Assembly (NCBI GenBank): GCA_965216635.1
Contig: OZ244188.1
Location: forward strand, 544,001 to 608,000
Length of the DNA: 64,000 nt
Source of the DNA: a bacterium
GTDB lineage: Bacteria > SAR324 > XYD2-FULL-50-16 > G965216635
Reading direction: 5' to 3'
The notes under the pieces: generated by a model
Told to the model about the DNA's origin: nothing
Seen by the model: only the letters and a program-made list of their open reading frames with translations
Databases searched by the model: none
Shown here: in pieces, positions 1 to 9,735 of the stretch
Position numbering within the stretch: the first letter of the stretch is position 1
Layout of the letters: the number at the start of each line of letters is the position of its first letter
Translations under genes and position numbers: made by a program

Positions 1-1947
1 GGGTAGGTTTTCAAAAAAAGGAGGGTTTTGAATGTAGGTAGAGTTTTCATTCCATTCAAAAACTTGGTTTTCTTTAGCTTTTAAACTGCTCCAATCTTCA
101 GAAACATTTTGAGAGCTACCGTAACGCGAGCGATACATTTGAGGAGTAATCACAGATTCTAGTTCTGTAATTTCTGCTTTACTGTACCAAATATCTTTTA
201 AAAAAATATTTTTTCCTTCTGTATTTTTTCCTAGTGGCTCTTTTTCAAAATCTATATCAATCCTACCAGCTATAGCATAGGCTACTACTAAAGGAGGGCT
301 TGCTAAAAAATTTGCTTTGATTTCTCCGTGAATTCTGCCTTCAAAATTTCTATTCCCAGATAAAACAGAAGTAACAACTAAATTTTCTTTGGCTATGGCT
401 TGTGAGATTTTTTCATCCAAAGGTCCAGAATTACCAATACAGGTGGTGCAACCATAACCGACAGTATAAAAACCTATTTTATTTAAGTAGTTTTGTAACC
501 CAGAGGCTTTTAGATAATCGGTGACAACTCTAGAACCGGGAGCTAAAGAAGTTTTGACCCATTCTTTTTTTTTTAGTCCTAATTCATAAGCTTTTTTAGC
601 AACTATTCCCGCAGCTATCATTACGGAAGGATTGCTGGTATTTGTGCAAGAAGTAATAGCTGCCACAACAACAGAGCCTTGCTGTAAAGAAGAAGCAGTA
701 TCTGCTATAGGTGATTGTTTTGTTTTTTCTGTATCCTTGAGTTGATAACCTCTTTCAGAAGTAGGGCGAGAGAGTATTTCATTCCATTCTTCAGGTAAAT
801 TTTTAAGGGCTATTCTATCTTGAGGTCTTTTAGGTCCCGCCACCGATGGCTCTACTGTGGAAAGATCTAATTCTAAAGTATCGCTAAAAGTAGGATTTGT
901 AGTAGCATCCGTTCTAAAAATCCCTTGAGCTTTGCAATAGGCAGATACTCTTTGTATCACTTCCGAAGAGCGTCCCGTTCTTTCTAAGTATTGTAGAGTT
1001 ATTTCATCTATTGGGAAATAACTCATCGTAGATCCAAATTCTGGTGACATATTAGAAATAGTAGCTCTATCAGCCAGACTAAGATTAGAAATTCCACTAC
1101 CAAAAAACTCTATAAATTTTTCTACGACTCCTTTATTTCTTAAAATTTCGGTAATTTTTAAAACTAGGTCTGTGGATGTAACTCCAGCTTGTAAAGATCC
1201 AGAAATTTTAAAACCAATCACTTCTGGGATTTTTATATAGATAGGTTGACCGAGCATAGCCGACTCTGCTTCTATGCCTCCGACTCCCCAGCCTAAAACT
1301 CCAATTCCGTTAATCATAGTAGTATGAGAATCTGTGCCTACGAGGGTATCAGAATAACAAATACCATCTTTTTCAATAACGCACGTTGCTAGATGCTCTA
1401 AATTGATCTGGTGAATAATTCCAGCACCTGGGGGATAAACTCTAAAGTTTTTAAAAGCCTTTTCGCCCCATTTGATGAATTTATATCTTTCTTGGTTTCT
1501 TTCAAATTCTAGTGCCATATTTTTTTCTATAGAATCTGCAGTGCCTGAAAAATCTACTTGGACAGAATGGTCTATAATTAAATCTACGGGAATTTGAGGA
1601 TTAATCAGGCTAGGGTCTGCTCCTAATTTTAGCATAGAACTTCTTAAAGATGCCAAATCTACTAAACTAGGAACTCCTGTAAAATCTTGTAAAACTATAC
1701 GAGAAGGAAAAAAAGGAATTTCTGCGGTCTCTGTGCTAGTTTTTTCCCAGTTACTCAAGTTTTCTATATCTAGCTCTTTTACTTTAAAACCATCTAATTT
1801 TCGCAGAGCCTGTTCTAGTAAAATTTTAATGGAAAAAGGTAAGTGCTGAATATCACCCACTCCTGTTTTTTCCAGTTCTTCTAAAGAATGGTATTGGTAG
1901 GTTTTTTCAGCGACAGAAAGTTTTTGCAATGTATTATGATTTTTCAT
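1..1947 (-). CDS. acnA: Aconitate hydratase A (3' part runs off window)
   Basis: Manual translation from ATG at 1947: MKNHNTLQKL...LPFSIKILLEQALR...PSRIVLQDFTGVP..VDLASLR, plus AAITSCTNTSNPSV and GYGCTTCIGNSGPL motifs. Confidence 0.95.
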   Translation of the reverse strand, partial: MKNHNTLQKLSVAEKTYQYHSLEELEKTGVGDIQHLPFSIKILLEQALRKLDGFKVKELDIENLSNWEKTSTETAEIPFFPSRIVLQDFTGVPSLVDLASLRSSMLKLGADPSLINPQIPVDLIIDHSVQVDFSGTADSIEKNMALEFERNQERYKFIKWGEKAFKNFRVYPPGAGIIHQINLEHLATCVIEKDGICYSDTLVGTDSHTTMINGIGVLGWGVGGIEAESAMLGQPIYIKIPEVIGFKISGSLQAGVTSTDLVLKITEILRNKGVVEKFIEFFGSGISNLSLADRATISNMSPEFGSTMSYFPIDEITLQYLERTGRSSEVIQRVSAYCKAQGIFRTDATTNPTFSDTLELDLSTVEPSVAGPKRPQDRIALKNLPEEWNEILSRPTSERGYQLKDTEKTKQSPIADTASSLQQGSVVVAAITSCTNTSNPSVMIAAGIVAKKAYELGLKKKEWVKTSLAPGSRVVTDYLKASGLQNYLNKIGFYTVGYGCTTCIGNSGPLDEKISQAIAKENLVVTSVLSGNRNFEGRIHGEIKANFLASPPLVVAYAIAGRIDIDFEKEPLGKNTEGKNIFLKDIWYSKAEITELESVITPQMYRSRYGSSQNVSEDWSSLKAKENQVFEWNENSTYIQNPPFFENLP

Positions 1948-2098
1948 AGTGGTTTTAAGTGTGTTGAAAATTTGAGTCGTAAAGACTATGTGAGTATAGT
2001 CAATATAAATAAATTTGTCAAATACTGAAGCATTGAAACGACAAATTCAGCAAAACTAAAAAGTATTTCCAAACAGACTACTATTTTTAAAAAGCAAG

Positions 2099-3352
2099 TT
2101 AACTCAAAAGGGGAGTTTTTAAAATGGAGTTTTCTACAGCCAATTCAGTATTTTTTGTTACCTTGTCGTAATATTTCTCGCAGGATTTTATAAAGTCTTG
2201 TTTTTTGACTTCTGAACCAAGAACATCAGAGTCTGGAAAAAAACTTTTATGAAAACCTTTTAGCACTAAATCTTTGAATTGCTTAGGACTAAAAGAATAA
2301 CCTTCCCTCGCCAACATCAATTCATCAGTGATGGTAGTTTTAGATACTGTCCTATTGTCGCTACATATAATTATATCCAAATTATTTTCAAGCATTTGAA
2401 TATAGCTATGGTTTTGGATTTTTTTAATTTTGGGTAAAGTTTGCAAATTACTCGTCAAGCAAACTTCAATCGGGATTTTTTTTCTACGAATTGTCCCAAC
2501 CAGTGAGTCAATAAATTTTTGTTTATTTTTTATTTCAAGCAACAGATTTGTATCAAAAAGAGCAGTGCCGTGTCCGATTCTTGTTGCTCCTAGTAATCGG
2601 ACAGCATCGTAGATAGATTGAGCACTAGCAGCCTCTCCAGCGTGCACTATTTTTTGTAGACAATGCTCTTTTGCTATATTGAATGCTTCTTGAAAATCTC
2701 CACAAGGATTTCCAAATTCTGCTCCCGCCAGATCTAAGGCAACTATTGGAACACCCTTTTCTCTCGCTAAAAGAGCACAGCGAATTTGTTCTAAAGAAGC
2801 AGTTTTTGCTATTTGTTTTTCAGAAAGATTAGGTAGAGATTCAAAAATTTTGCGGTAATGCTCCGACCACTTGCCTACACTTCTCAAAATGCAAACTATC
2901 ATAGCGTAATGAAAATTTACTTCTTTCCCTGTTTGATTGTTGTATTCTTTTTTTGCTTTTTCTAAGCCACGATGGATGGATTGCAGTGCATCTAAATTAG
3001 ATTGGATACTGTTAGAAACTAAAAGAGGATCCATACGCACTTCTATGTATTTTATACCTTCTTCTTGGCAATCTATGGCTAATTCATAAGCTATTCTTTC
3101 TAAGTTTTCTGGCGTTTGCATAACTGCACAAGAATAGCCAAAAGTTTTCAGATATTCTTCTAAGTTATTGTAATTGTCTTTAAAAAGAGTTTTTTCTAAT
3201 CCTTCTTGGGTATAACTCGGAAGTTTGATTTTTTGCTCCTTAGCCAATTCTATAATAGTGCCTAAGCGAATAGAACCATCCAAGTGTAAATGAATGTCTT
3301 GTTTAGGAAGCTTTTGGATTAAATTTTTAAAGTTTGCCATTAGATTTGTCAT
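2099..3352 (-). CDS. add: Adenosine deaminase family protein
   Basis: HLHLDGS, DLAGAE, HAGE, RIGHG and EVCLTSN motifs; start placed at ATG 3352 to avoid overlap with the divergent ALDH. Confidence 0.9.
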   Translation of the reverse strand: MTNLMANFKNLIQKLPKQDIHLHLDGSIRLGTIIELAKEQKIKLPSYTQEGLEKTLFKDNYNNLEEYLKTFGYSCAVMQTPENLERIAYELAIDCQEEGIKYIEVRMDPLLVSNSIQSNLDALQSIHRGLEKAKKEYNNQTGKEVNFHYAMIVCILRSVGKWSEHYRKIFESLPNLSEKQIAKTASLEQIRCALLAREKGVPIVALDLAGAEFGNPCGDFQEAFNIAKEHCLQKIVHAGEAASAQSIYDAVRLLGATRIGHGTALFDTNLLLEIKNKQKFIDSLVGTIRRKKIPIEVCLTSNLQTLPKIKKIQNHSYIQMLENNLDIIICSDNRTVSKTTITDELMLAREGYSFSPKQFKDLVLKGFHKSFFPDSDVLGSEVKKQDFIKSCEKYYDKVTKNTELAVENSILKTPLLS

Positions 3353-3449
3353 TTTTAAATGCCCGAAAATTGATTCTAGCTTTTTTTTTTTTAATAGAAT
3401 ATAGTTATTTTTGATTGTTATACTAACTTTTAACTTTAAAATACATATA

Positions 3450-4889
3450 ATGCAAAACATATACAAAAACTTTGTCAACGGGGAATGGATTGGAGGAACG
3501 CAAGAAAAACCTAATATCAATCCATCCAAAATAACAGAAACAATTGGTATTTCTCTTTTAGCCGATAGCTCTCTTGTAGAAAAAGCAGTAGAAGGAGCTT
3601 GTGAAGCTCAACCAAAATGGGAGGCAACAAACATTGAAGCACGTTGCGATATTTTATTAAAAGTAGGAAATGAGATTATTTCTCGGAAAGAAGAATTAGG
3701 AGAAATACTTGCTAAAGAAGAAGGAAAAACTCTTAAAGAAGGTATCGGTGAGGTAGATAGGGCTGGAAGATTTTTTCAATACTATTCTGCAGAAGCTCTC
3801 AGAAATATAGGAGATTTTGCAGATTCTGTTCGCAATGGCGTAGAAATAGAAGTGATTCGTTCTGCGGTAGGTGTTGCTTTGCTCATTTCTCCTTGGAATT
3901 TTCCTTCTGCTATACCTGCGTGGAAAATAGCTCCAGCCTTAGCTTTTGGGAACAGCTTTATTTTAAAACCAGCTGGACTTACACCTGCCAGTGCTCATAT
4001 CTTGATGGATATTATTCATCGTGCAGGAGTTCCAGCGGGTGCTGCTCAAATGCTTTTGGGAGCAGGTAGCACTGTTGGAAATCAATTACTACAGAACGAA
4101 AAAATAGATGCAGTTAGTTTTACTGGTTCTTTAGATACAGGTAGAATTATAGCCAAAGAATCGGCTGCGCATCTACGTCCATTCCAGTTAGAAATGGGTA
4201 GTAAAAATGCTTTGGTTGTTTTGGACGATGGCAATTTAGAAAATGCAGTAGCCTGCGCTATTAGTGGTGCTTTTTTCAGTACAGGGCAAAAATGCACCGC
4301 TACTTCTAGGATTATTGTCACCGAAAAAATTTACGATTCTTTTAAGAAAAAATTTATAGAAGAAGCTGCCAAAATTAAGGTAGGTGATGCTTTAGCCCCC
4401 GATAGTCAGATGGGTCCCTGTGTCAGCGAGCAGCAATTAGAAAAAAATAATGAATACCTCAAAATCGCTCAAGACGAAGGAGCGAAACTTGTTTTTCAAG
4501 GAAAGCTAGAAAATTTAGAATCTAAAGGCTATTATTTTAGCCCTGTCATTTTTGATGAAACTCACAGTGAGATGAGAATAAATCGCGAAGAAGTGTTCGG
4601 CCCTATCACCTGTTTAATAAAGGTAAAAAATTATGAAGAAGCACTTCAAGCCTGTAATCATACTCATTTTGGATTAACAACTTCCATAATTACTTCATCT
4701 TTAAAATATGCAACCCATTTCAAACGCAACGCACAGGCTGGCTGTGTGATGGTGAATCTGCCTACTACTGGAGCAGACTACCATGTGCCTTTTGGAGGAG
4801 CTAAACTTTCTTCTTACGGACCTAGAGAGCAAGGACAGTATGCTAGAGAATTTTATACCAAAATTAAAACTGCTTATTTAAAAGCATAA
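3450..4889 (+). CDS. Aldehyde dehydrogenase family protein
   Basis: PWNFP, FTGS, LEMGSKN, GQKCTA, EEVFGP and PFGG motifs; start ATG 3450. Confidence 0.93.
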   Translation: MQNIYKNFVNGEWIGGTQEKPNINPSKITETIGISLLADSSLVEKAVEGACEAQPKWEATNIEARCDILLKVGNEIISRKEELGEILAKEEGKTLKEGIGEVDRAGRFFQYYSAEALRNIGDFADSVRNGVEIEVIRSAVGVALLISPWNFPSAIPAWKIAPALAFGNSFILKPAGLTPASAHILMDIIHRAGVPAGAAQMLLGAGSTVGNQLLQNEKIDAVSFTGSLDTGRIIAKESAAHLRPFQLEMGSKNALVVLDDGNLENAVACAISGAFFSTGQKCTATSRIIVTEKIYDSFKKKFIEEAAKIKVGDALAPDSQMGPCVSEQQLEKNNEYLKIAQDEGAKLVFQGKLENLESKGYYFSPVIFDETHSEMRINREEVFGPITCLIKVKNYEEALQACNHTHFGLTTSIITSSLKYATHFKRNAQAGCVMVNLPTTGADYHVPFGGAKLSSYGPREQGQYAREFYTKIKTAYLKA

Positions 4890-4951
4890 AATTGTAAAAA
4901 ATTTTGCTTGTAAAAATCAAGAAATGAGAATAGGCTGATTTAAAAAAAAAT

Positions 4952-5326
4952 ATGAAATTTAATATAGCTATTGGAGTTATCAATATTATACTTTTTATTG
5001 TATGGTTTTTTATGATTGTGTGGGAATTTTCTTTTCCTTCAGAAACTAAATATTTTGTCAATGTTTTTGCAGTATTATTTTCTGTACTAGCTTTGTTTAT
5101 TGCGGGTCTTGGTATTTGGATTGGATTGTTGGCTATTTTTGGTTATAATCAAATTATCAAAATAGCAGAAGATAAAGCAGAAGAAGCAGCAGAAAACAAA
5201 GTAAGTGAGTATTTTAGAGTGAAAAAGTATTTAAGTTTGAAAATGGAAGATGGAAAATTTACTTTAAATTTAGAAAAACCGCAAGCACAAAAAAAGAAAA
5301 AAGAACTAAAACCAGTTAAAAAATAA
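4952..5326 (+). CDS. Hypothetical membrane protein (2 TM, basic tail)
   Basis: Two hydrophobic segments; ends 8 bp before the ImmA/IrrE gene. Confidence 0.6.
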   Translation: MKFNIAIGVINIILFIVWFFMIVWEFSFPSETKYFVNVFAVLFSVLALFIAGLGIWIGLLAIFGYNQIIKIAEDKAEEAAENKVSEYFRVKKYLSLKMEDGKFTLNLEKPQAQKKKKELKPVKK

Positions 5327-5334
5327 AATAAAAA

Positions 5335-5829
5335 ATGGATAAAGAACAATATGAAAAGATAATTCAGAAATATCGGAAGGATTATCCTGTAGAAATAGTT
5401 GGATTGGCAAACAAGCTAGGAATAGAAGTATTTGAAACAGATGACTGGAAAGACAAGCCTATTTCAGGTTCTATTTTAAGAAATAAAAGCCATGGTTTAA
5501 AAAATGGCAAGTACACCTATACTTGTTACGTCAACGCTTCTCACTCTGATGCAAGAAAAAGATTTACTATCGCCCACGAAATAGCTCATTTTATCTTACA
5601 TCGTGATGAAATTGGTGACGGTATTATAGACGATGCTTTATTTAGAAGTAGTTTGAGTACTATAATTGAAGTGCAAGCCAATCAGTTAGCAGCCGACCTC
5701 CTTATGCCTAGGGCGTTAATTCAACAATCTATAGATGCAGGCAACAAAACAATACCAGAATTAGCAAAATCTTTAAATGTTTCTAAAAGTGCTATGTCTA
5801 TTAGATTAGGTATACCTTGCGACGACTAA
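5335..5829 (+). CDS. ImmA/IrrE family metallopeptidase
   Basis: RKRFTIAHEIAH (HExxH), EVQANQLAADLLMP and a C-terminal HTH-like segment. Confidence 0.88.
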   Translation: MDKEQYEKIIQKYRKDYPVEIVGLANKLGIEVFETDDWKDKPISGSILRNKSHGLKNGKYTYTCYVNASHSDARKRFTIAHEIAHFILHRDEIGDGIIDDALFRSSLSTIIEVQANQLAADLLMPRALIQQSIDAGNKTIPELAKSLNVSKSAMSIRLGIPCDD

Positions 5830-5848
5830 TTGGATTTCATAAAAAGTA

Positions 5849-6841
5849 GTGAAAAACAACAAAATATATATAGACGGGCTGCAATGCAGTCCTATGAAAA
5901 GAGACTATTTTGAAGAAGCCAGAAACGCAGGTTTGGATTTAATCCATTTGACAGTTGTTTTTTGGGAAAATATCTCCGATAGTATGCGGCTTTTGGGAGA
6001 TTGGTTTCGCTTTTTAGATAGAAATTCCGACTTGCTGCAACCAGCCACAAACGTAAACGGACTAAAAAGAGCTATTGGTGAAGAAAAATTGGCTATTATG
6101 TTTGGCTTTCAAAACTGCTCCCCTATTGAAAACAATATTGACATGGTAGAAATTTACCGCCGTTTGAACGTTGGGGTGATGCAATTTTCCTACAACAATC
6201 AAACTGTTTTGTGTGGAGGTTGTTATGAAAAAGAAGATTCAGGATTGAGTCGTTTTGGCAAGGCAGTGATTAAAGAAATGAACCGCGTAGGAATGATTAT
6301 AGATATGTCCCACAGCGGAAATAAATCTACACTAGAAGCCATAGAATATTCCCAAAGACCCATTGCCATTACGCACGCCGAGAGTCTTAATTTTCAAACA
6401 GCCATTCGCAATAAAGAAGATGCCACTCTCAAAGCACTAGCTGAATCTGGTGGAATTTTGGGGTTGAGTTTTTATCCGTTCCATTTAAAAAACAAATCAG
6501 AGTGCAAAATTACAGAAATGGTAGATGAAATCAAACGGCTCATTGATTTGATGGGCATAGATGCTATTGCTATTGGATCTGATATTTTTCAAGAAAGAAC
6601 AAACGAAGAATTGGAATATTTACGCAACGGTTCTTGGACGAAAGAACTGGATTATGGAGAAGGAAGTGCAGCACAAAGCGGATGGCCCCAACCTGTAAAG
6701 TGGCTACAAAGAATTTCCGATTTTGCAAATTTAGAATCTTTGTTTGTGAAAAATGGATTGAGCGAAACAGAAGCAGAAAAAGTACTAGGAAAAAACTGGC
6801 TCACTTTTTACCAAAAATCCTTAAAACCCCTTTGTCTTTAA
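5849..6841 (+). CDS. Membrane dipeptidase (M19 family)
   Basis: IDGLQ, GFQN, SYN, IIDMSH, ITH, RNK and IGSD motifs. Confidence 0.88.
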   Translation: MKNNKIYIDGLQCSPMKRDYFEEARNAGLDLIHLTVVFWENISDSMRLLGDWFRFLDRNSDLLQPATNVNGLKRAIGEEKLAIMFGFQNCSPIENNIDMVEIYRRLNVGVMQFSYNNQTVLCGGCYEKEDSGLSRFGKAVIKEMNRVGMIIDMSHSGNKSTLEAIEYSQRPIAITHAESLNFQTAIRNKEDATLKALAESGGILGLSFYPFHLKNKSECKITEMVDEIKRLIDLMGIDAIAIGSDIFQERTNEELEYLRNGSWTKELDYGEGSAAQSGWPQPVKWLQRISDFANLESLFVKNGLSETEAEKVLGKNWLTFYQKSLKPLCL

Positions 6842-6890
6842 TTCATTTCTAAAAACAGGTGCTAAATAATGTCTAAATTTTGCAGAAGTT

Positions 6891-7157
6891 TCACTCAAAA
6901 AATTTAAAGAGAGCTACCAGCAACAAAGTATAGCCTGTTATTAACCCTAAGACCCATTGCAGTAAAACAGTTTTAGTATTTGCTATTTTTTCTATAAGAT
7001 CTGCGTGGATCCTTTCTATTTTAAGGTCAGTATCGCTTTTGTATTTTCCTATTTTTTCTATAAGATCTGTGCTTTTATCTCTTCTTAAAAGTTCTAGCAC
7101 TTGAAAAGCAATTGCTTGATATTCTTTTAGATTGATAGCAGGTGTTTGTTTTTGCAT
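6891..7157 (-). CDS. Small coiled-coil protein with C-terminal TM (DUF1640/CCDC90-like)
   Basis: Repeated DLIEKI followed by LLQWVLGLITG and a hydrophobic tail. Confidence 0.55.
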   Translation of the reverse strand: MQKQTPAINLKEYQAIAFQVLELLRRDKSTDLIEKIGKYKSDTDLKIERIHADLIEKIANTKTVLLQWVLGLITGYTLLLVALFKFFE

Positions 7158-7210
7158 TGTAGTTAAACTATGAATTAGCGTTCTGTTTAGCCAAAAACAG
7201 CCAAAAAAAC

Positions 7211-7454
7211 AAAACTGCAGGGAATTTTATAGCATAACATGTAGAGACGCCCTACAGGGCGTCTATATGATGTGCATAAACCACAAAAAGCTGTTTTTAA
7301 TAAACGTTCTAAATTTATGAGACGCCCATATAGGACGTCTTATACGATGTGCATAAACCACAAAAAGCTGTTTTTAATAAACGTTCTAAATTTATGAGAC
7401 GCCCATATAGGACGTCTCTACAGACCTACATAAAATAAAAAATACCTCCCCGCA
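7211..7454. repeat. GTAG-REP-like palindrome array, copy 1
   Basis: gtagagacgccctacagggcgtct and gagacgcccatataggacgtct(ctac) hairpins joined by near-identical linkers; near-identical block at 9299-9602. Confidence 0.8.
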
Positions 7455-7531
7455 ACGCATTTGTTTTTTTTATTTGCTTTTAAAGTGTTTTTCTGCAATT
7501 ATTTTATAAAAATAAGCAGAAAAAATAAAAA

Positions 7532-7773
7532 ACTTTTGAATTAGCGTTCTGTTTAGCCAAAACAAGCTTATTGCTTGACGCTTTTTGTGGGCTATTTGTG
7601 AAACAGCCAAAGGGCTGTTTCACAGTTCATTCTTGCTTAATGCAAGGTTTATAGTGTTTTTTACTACGCCATTAAAAAAAAATTTTAACTCTTGAAATAT
7701 TACATATATTCCTGCGAGCTAAAATTTTTTTTTGCCTTGCCTAGCCGTCACATAACGCAAATTCAAAGGTCTA
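7532..7773. mobile_element. RPE/MITE-like palindromic element
   Basis: Ends acttttgaatt...aattcaaaggtcta; internal hairpin tgtgaaacagcc-aaag-ggctgtttcaca shared with other copies. Confidence 0.75.
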
Positions 7774-7861
7774 TAAAAAACTGCCAACAACCAATGGTTT
7801 GCTATTATTGTTTTTTTCTGTTAATTTTTATTTTAATACTAACTTTTAATTACAAATAATT

Positions 7862-9292
7862 ATGAAAAACATAAATTCCCAAGTTTTAAGGAAAACTTTC
7901 GCGGTTCGTTTTATTTTGGTTCGTTTTACTCTGGCTCGTTTCGTTTTGGCTCGTTTTACTTTGGTTCGTTTCGTTTTGGTAGCTATTCTTATTCCCGCTC
8001 TTCTTATAGGAAGTGCCTTTACTTTTGGAGACAGCAAGCTGCAAGCCCAAGAGGTTCAAAGTAGCCCAAATGGTAGCAGCAAGCTGGGATTTTTCGTTGG
8101 TATTGTCTATCTGAATGGTTTTAAAGTGGATACCACAACACTTGTCACCACAAATAGCACAACCTATACTGACGCTATTACTACAGGCTATAGAATTACT
8201 GGCTCTTCAGACGCAACTTCTACCGTAGAAGTAGGCAGTGGTAATCTTGCCTGGATTAATAATGGAATAGATACTGGAATCAGAGCGTTAGTAAAAGCAA
8301 ACTGTGAAAACCCTAGGATAACAAGTATTGTTTCAGATGGAAAAAATTTCGATATCAGATCCCAAAGCTTCCTTAGCTTTGATCCTGGTAGAAAACCGGA
8401 ATTAAAAGACATTGAGCCCTCTGGAGATGCTACTGTAACTATAGGTGCAACTAGGGGTGACAGCTTTCCTACAGGATTTCGTACTGGAGAAACATCTCAT
8501 TGTTATAGCTACTTTTTCGGTGATCTTTCCTCCGCTAGAAGTTCTATTCCAAACTATCAGATTGCGACTGCAGATTCAGCTCCAGCTCCAACTTCTGTAC
8601 CTGCGGCTCCAACAGCAATCACTAGTAGCAAGAGCGATCAACTTTCTGGTATTGGCTTGCAATTCGGCTTTAGGTGGGAAAAATGGAGAGCCTCCTTGAC
8701 GCACTTCACTGGCAAGGGGGGAGATAACGAGCTCGCCAATACACTAGTTATGGCGGATTATTTTGTAAACAAGGGTCTTTTTGTAGGAGGCGGTCTAGCG
8801 AGTATGAAGCTTACCAATAGTTTAACCAGCGGCTCTGCCACAAGCCCAGCGCTTAGAGTCGGCTATAAACAGAAATTAACCCCCAACCTATCGCTTAATT
8901 TTGGCTTGACGAAGTATATCTCGGGAGTTTCTCTAAAAAATAGTGTTACTACTACTAATAATACTACTGCTAATGCTAATACTAATACCATTGTGTTAGA
9001 CTCTTTTGAAAAAACACAGACTGTACGCGGTGATTCAGCAACAATTGGAATCAACGGTTTTTATGTTTCTGGTGCCCGAAAGCAAGCTGCGGATTTCGTA
9101 GATAATGGAGGTGTAGTGCCAAATCTAGATAGAAGAGTAGAAATAACCCAAGTCCGCAGCAGAACTGTATATATAAACAAAATCCAGATTCCAGCAGGAG
9201 CCTCAGAAACAAACACAGAAACAACCACAGAAACCGCTGCCGAGCTCAAAGCCCCACTCGTCATCAGCATCTCCTTCCATTTGAGTTTTTAA
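7862..9292 (+). CDS. Putative outer-membrane beta-barrel protein with large loops (paralog of 36593-38032)
   Basis: Signal-like region ending LQAQE, amphipathic strands and C-terminal ISFHLSF. Confidence 0.65.
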   Translation: MKNINSQVLRKTFAVRFILVRFTLARFVLARFTLVRFVLVAILIPALLIGSAFTFGDSKLQAQEVQSSPNGSSKLGFFVGIVYLNGFKVDTTTLVTTNSTTYTDAITTGYRITGSSDATSTVEVGSGNLAWINNGIDTGIRALVKANCENPRITSIVSDGKNFDIRSQSFLSFDPGRKPELKDIEPSGDATVTIGATRGDSFPTGFRTGETSHCYSYFFGDLSSARSSIPNYQIATADSAPAPTSVPAAPTAITSSKSDQLSGIGLQFGFRWEKWRASLTHFTGKGGDNELANTLVMADYFVNKGLFVGGGLASMKLTNSLTSGSATSPALRVGYKQKLTPNLSLNFGLTKYISGVSLKNSVTTTNNTTANANTNTIVLDSFEKTQTVRGDSATIGINGFYVSGARKQAADFVDNGGVVPNLDRRVEITQVRSRTVYINKIQIPAGASETNTETTTETAAELKAPLVISISFHLSF

Positions 9293-9298
9293 GAAAAA

Positions 9299-9602
9299 AA
9301 AACTGCAGGGAACATTTTTGTAGAGACGCCCTACAGGGCGTCTTATATGATGTGCATAAACCACAAAAAGCTGTTTTTAATAAACGTTACATGTAGAGAC
9401 GCCCTACAGGGCGTCTTATACGATGTGCATAAACCACAAAAAGCTGTTTTTAATAAACGTTACATGTAGAGACGCCCTACAGGGCGTCTATATGATGTGC
9501 ATAAACCACAAAAAGCTGTTTTTAATAAACGTTCTAAATTTATGAGACGCCCATATAGGACGTCTCTACAGACCTACATAAAATAAAAAATACCTCCCCG
9601 CA
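9299..9602. repeat. GTAG-REP-like palindrome array, copy 2 (4 hairpins, ~73-bp period)
   Basis: Three gtagagacgccctacagggcgtct units plus one gagacgcccatataggacgtctctac. Confidence 0.8.
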
Positions 9603-9735
9603 TTCCCCCAAACCACCTAAAAACAATTAAAATAACAATTAAAAAAACAAAAAATTCTCCTTTTTTCATTTGTTTTTGAAAATTTTTTTAGTTATTCTTG
9701 ACTAGGTTAGCTGATAAATTTTTTTTAATTACTAA

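Noticed and set aside
3381..3392. Poly-T tract as a phase-variation switch
   Set aside because: Long A/T homopolymers are common throughout this AT-rich window, including in core genes, so there is no specific support.
3353..3529. Overlapping N-terminal extensions of the add and ALDH ORFs
   Set aside because: These are ORF-caller extensions; recognisable sequence begins at ATG 3352 and ATG 3450.
9299..9602. Possible CRISPR array (palindromic repeat at ~73-bp period)
   Set aside because: The intervening sequences are essentially identical rather than unique spacers, and there are no cas genes; it fits a REP tandem array.
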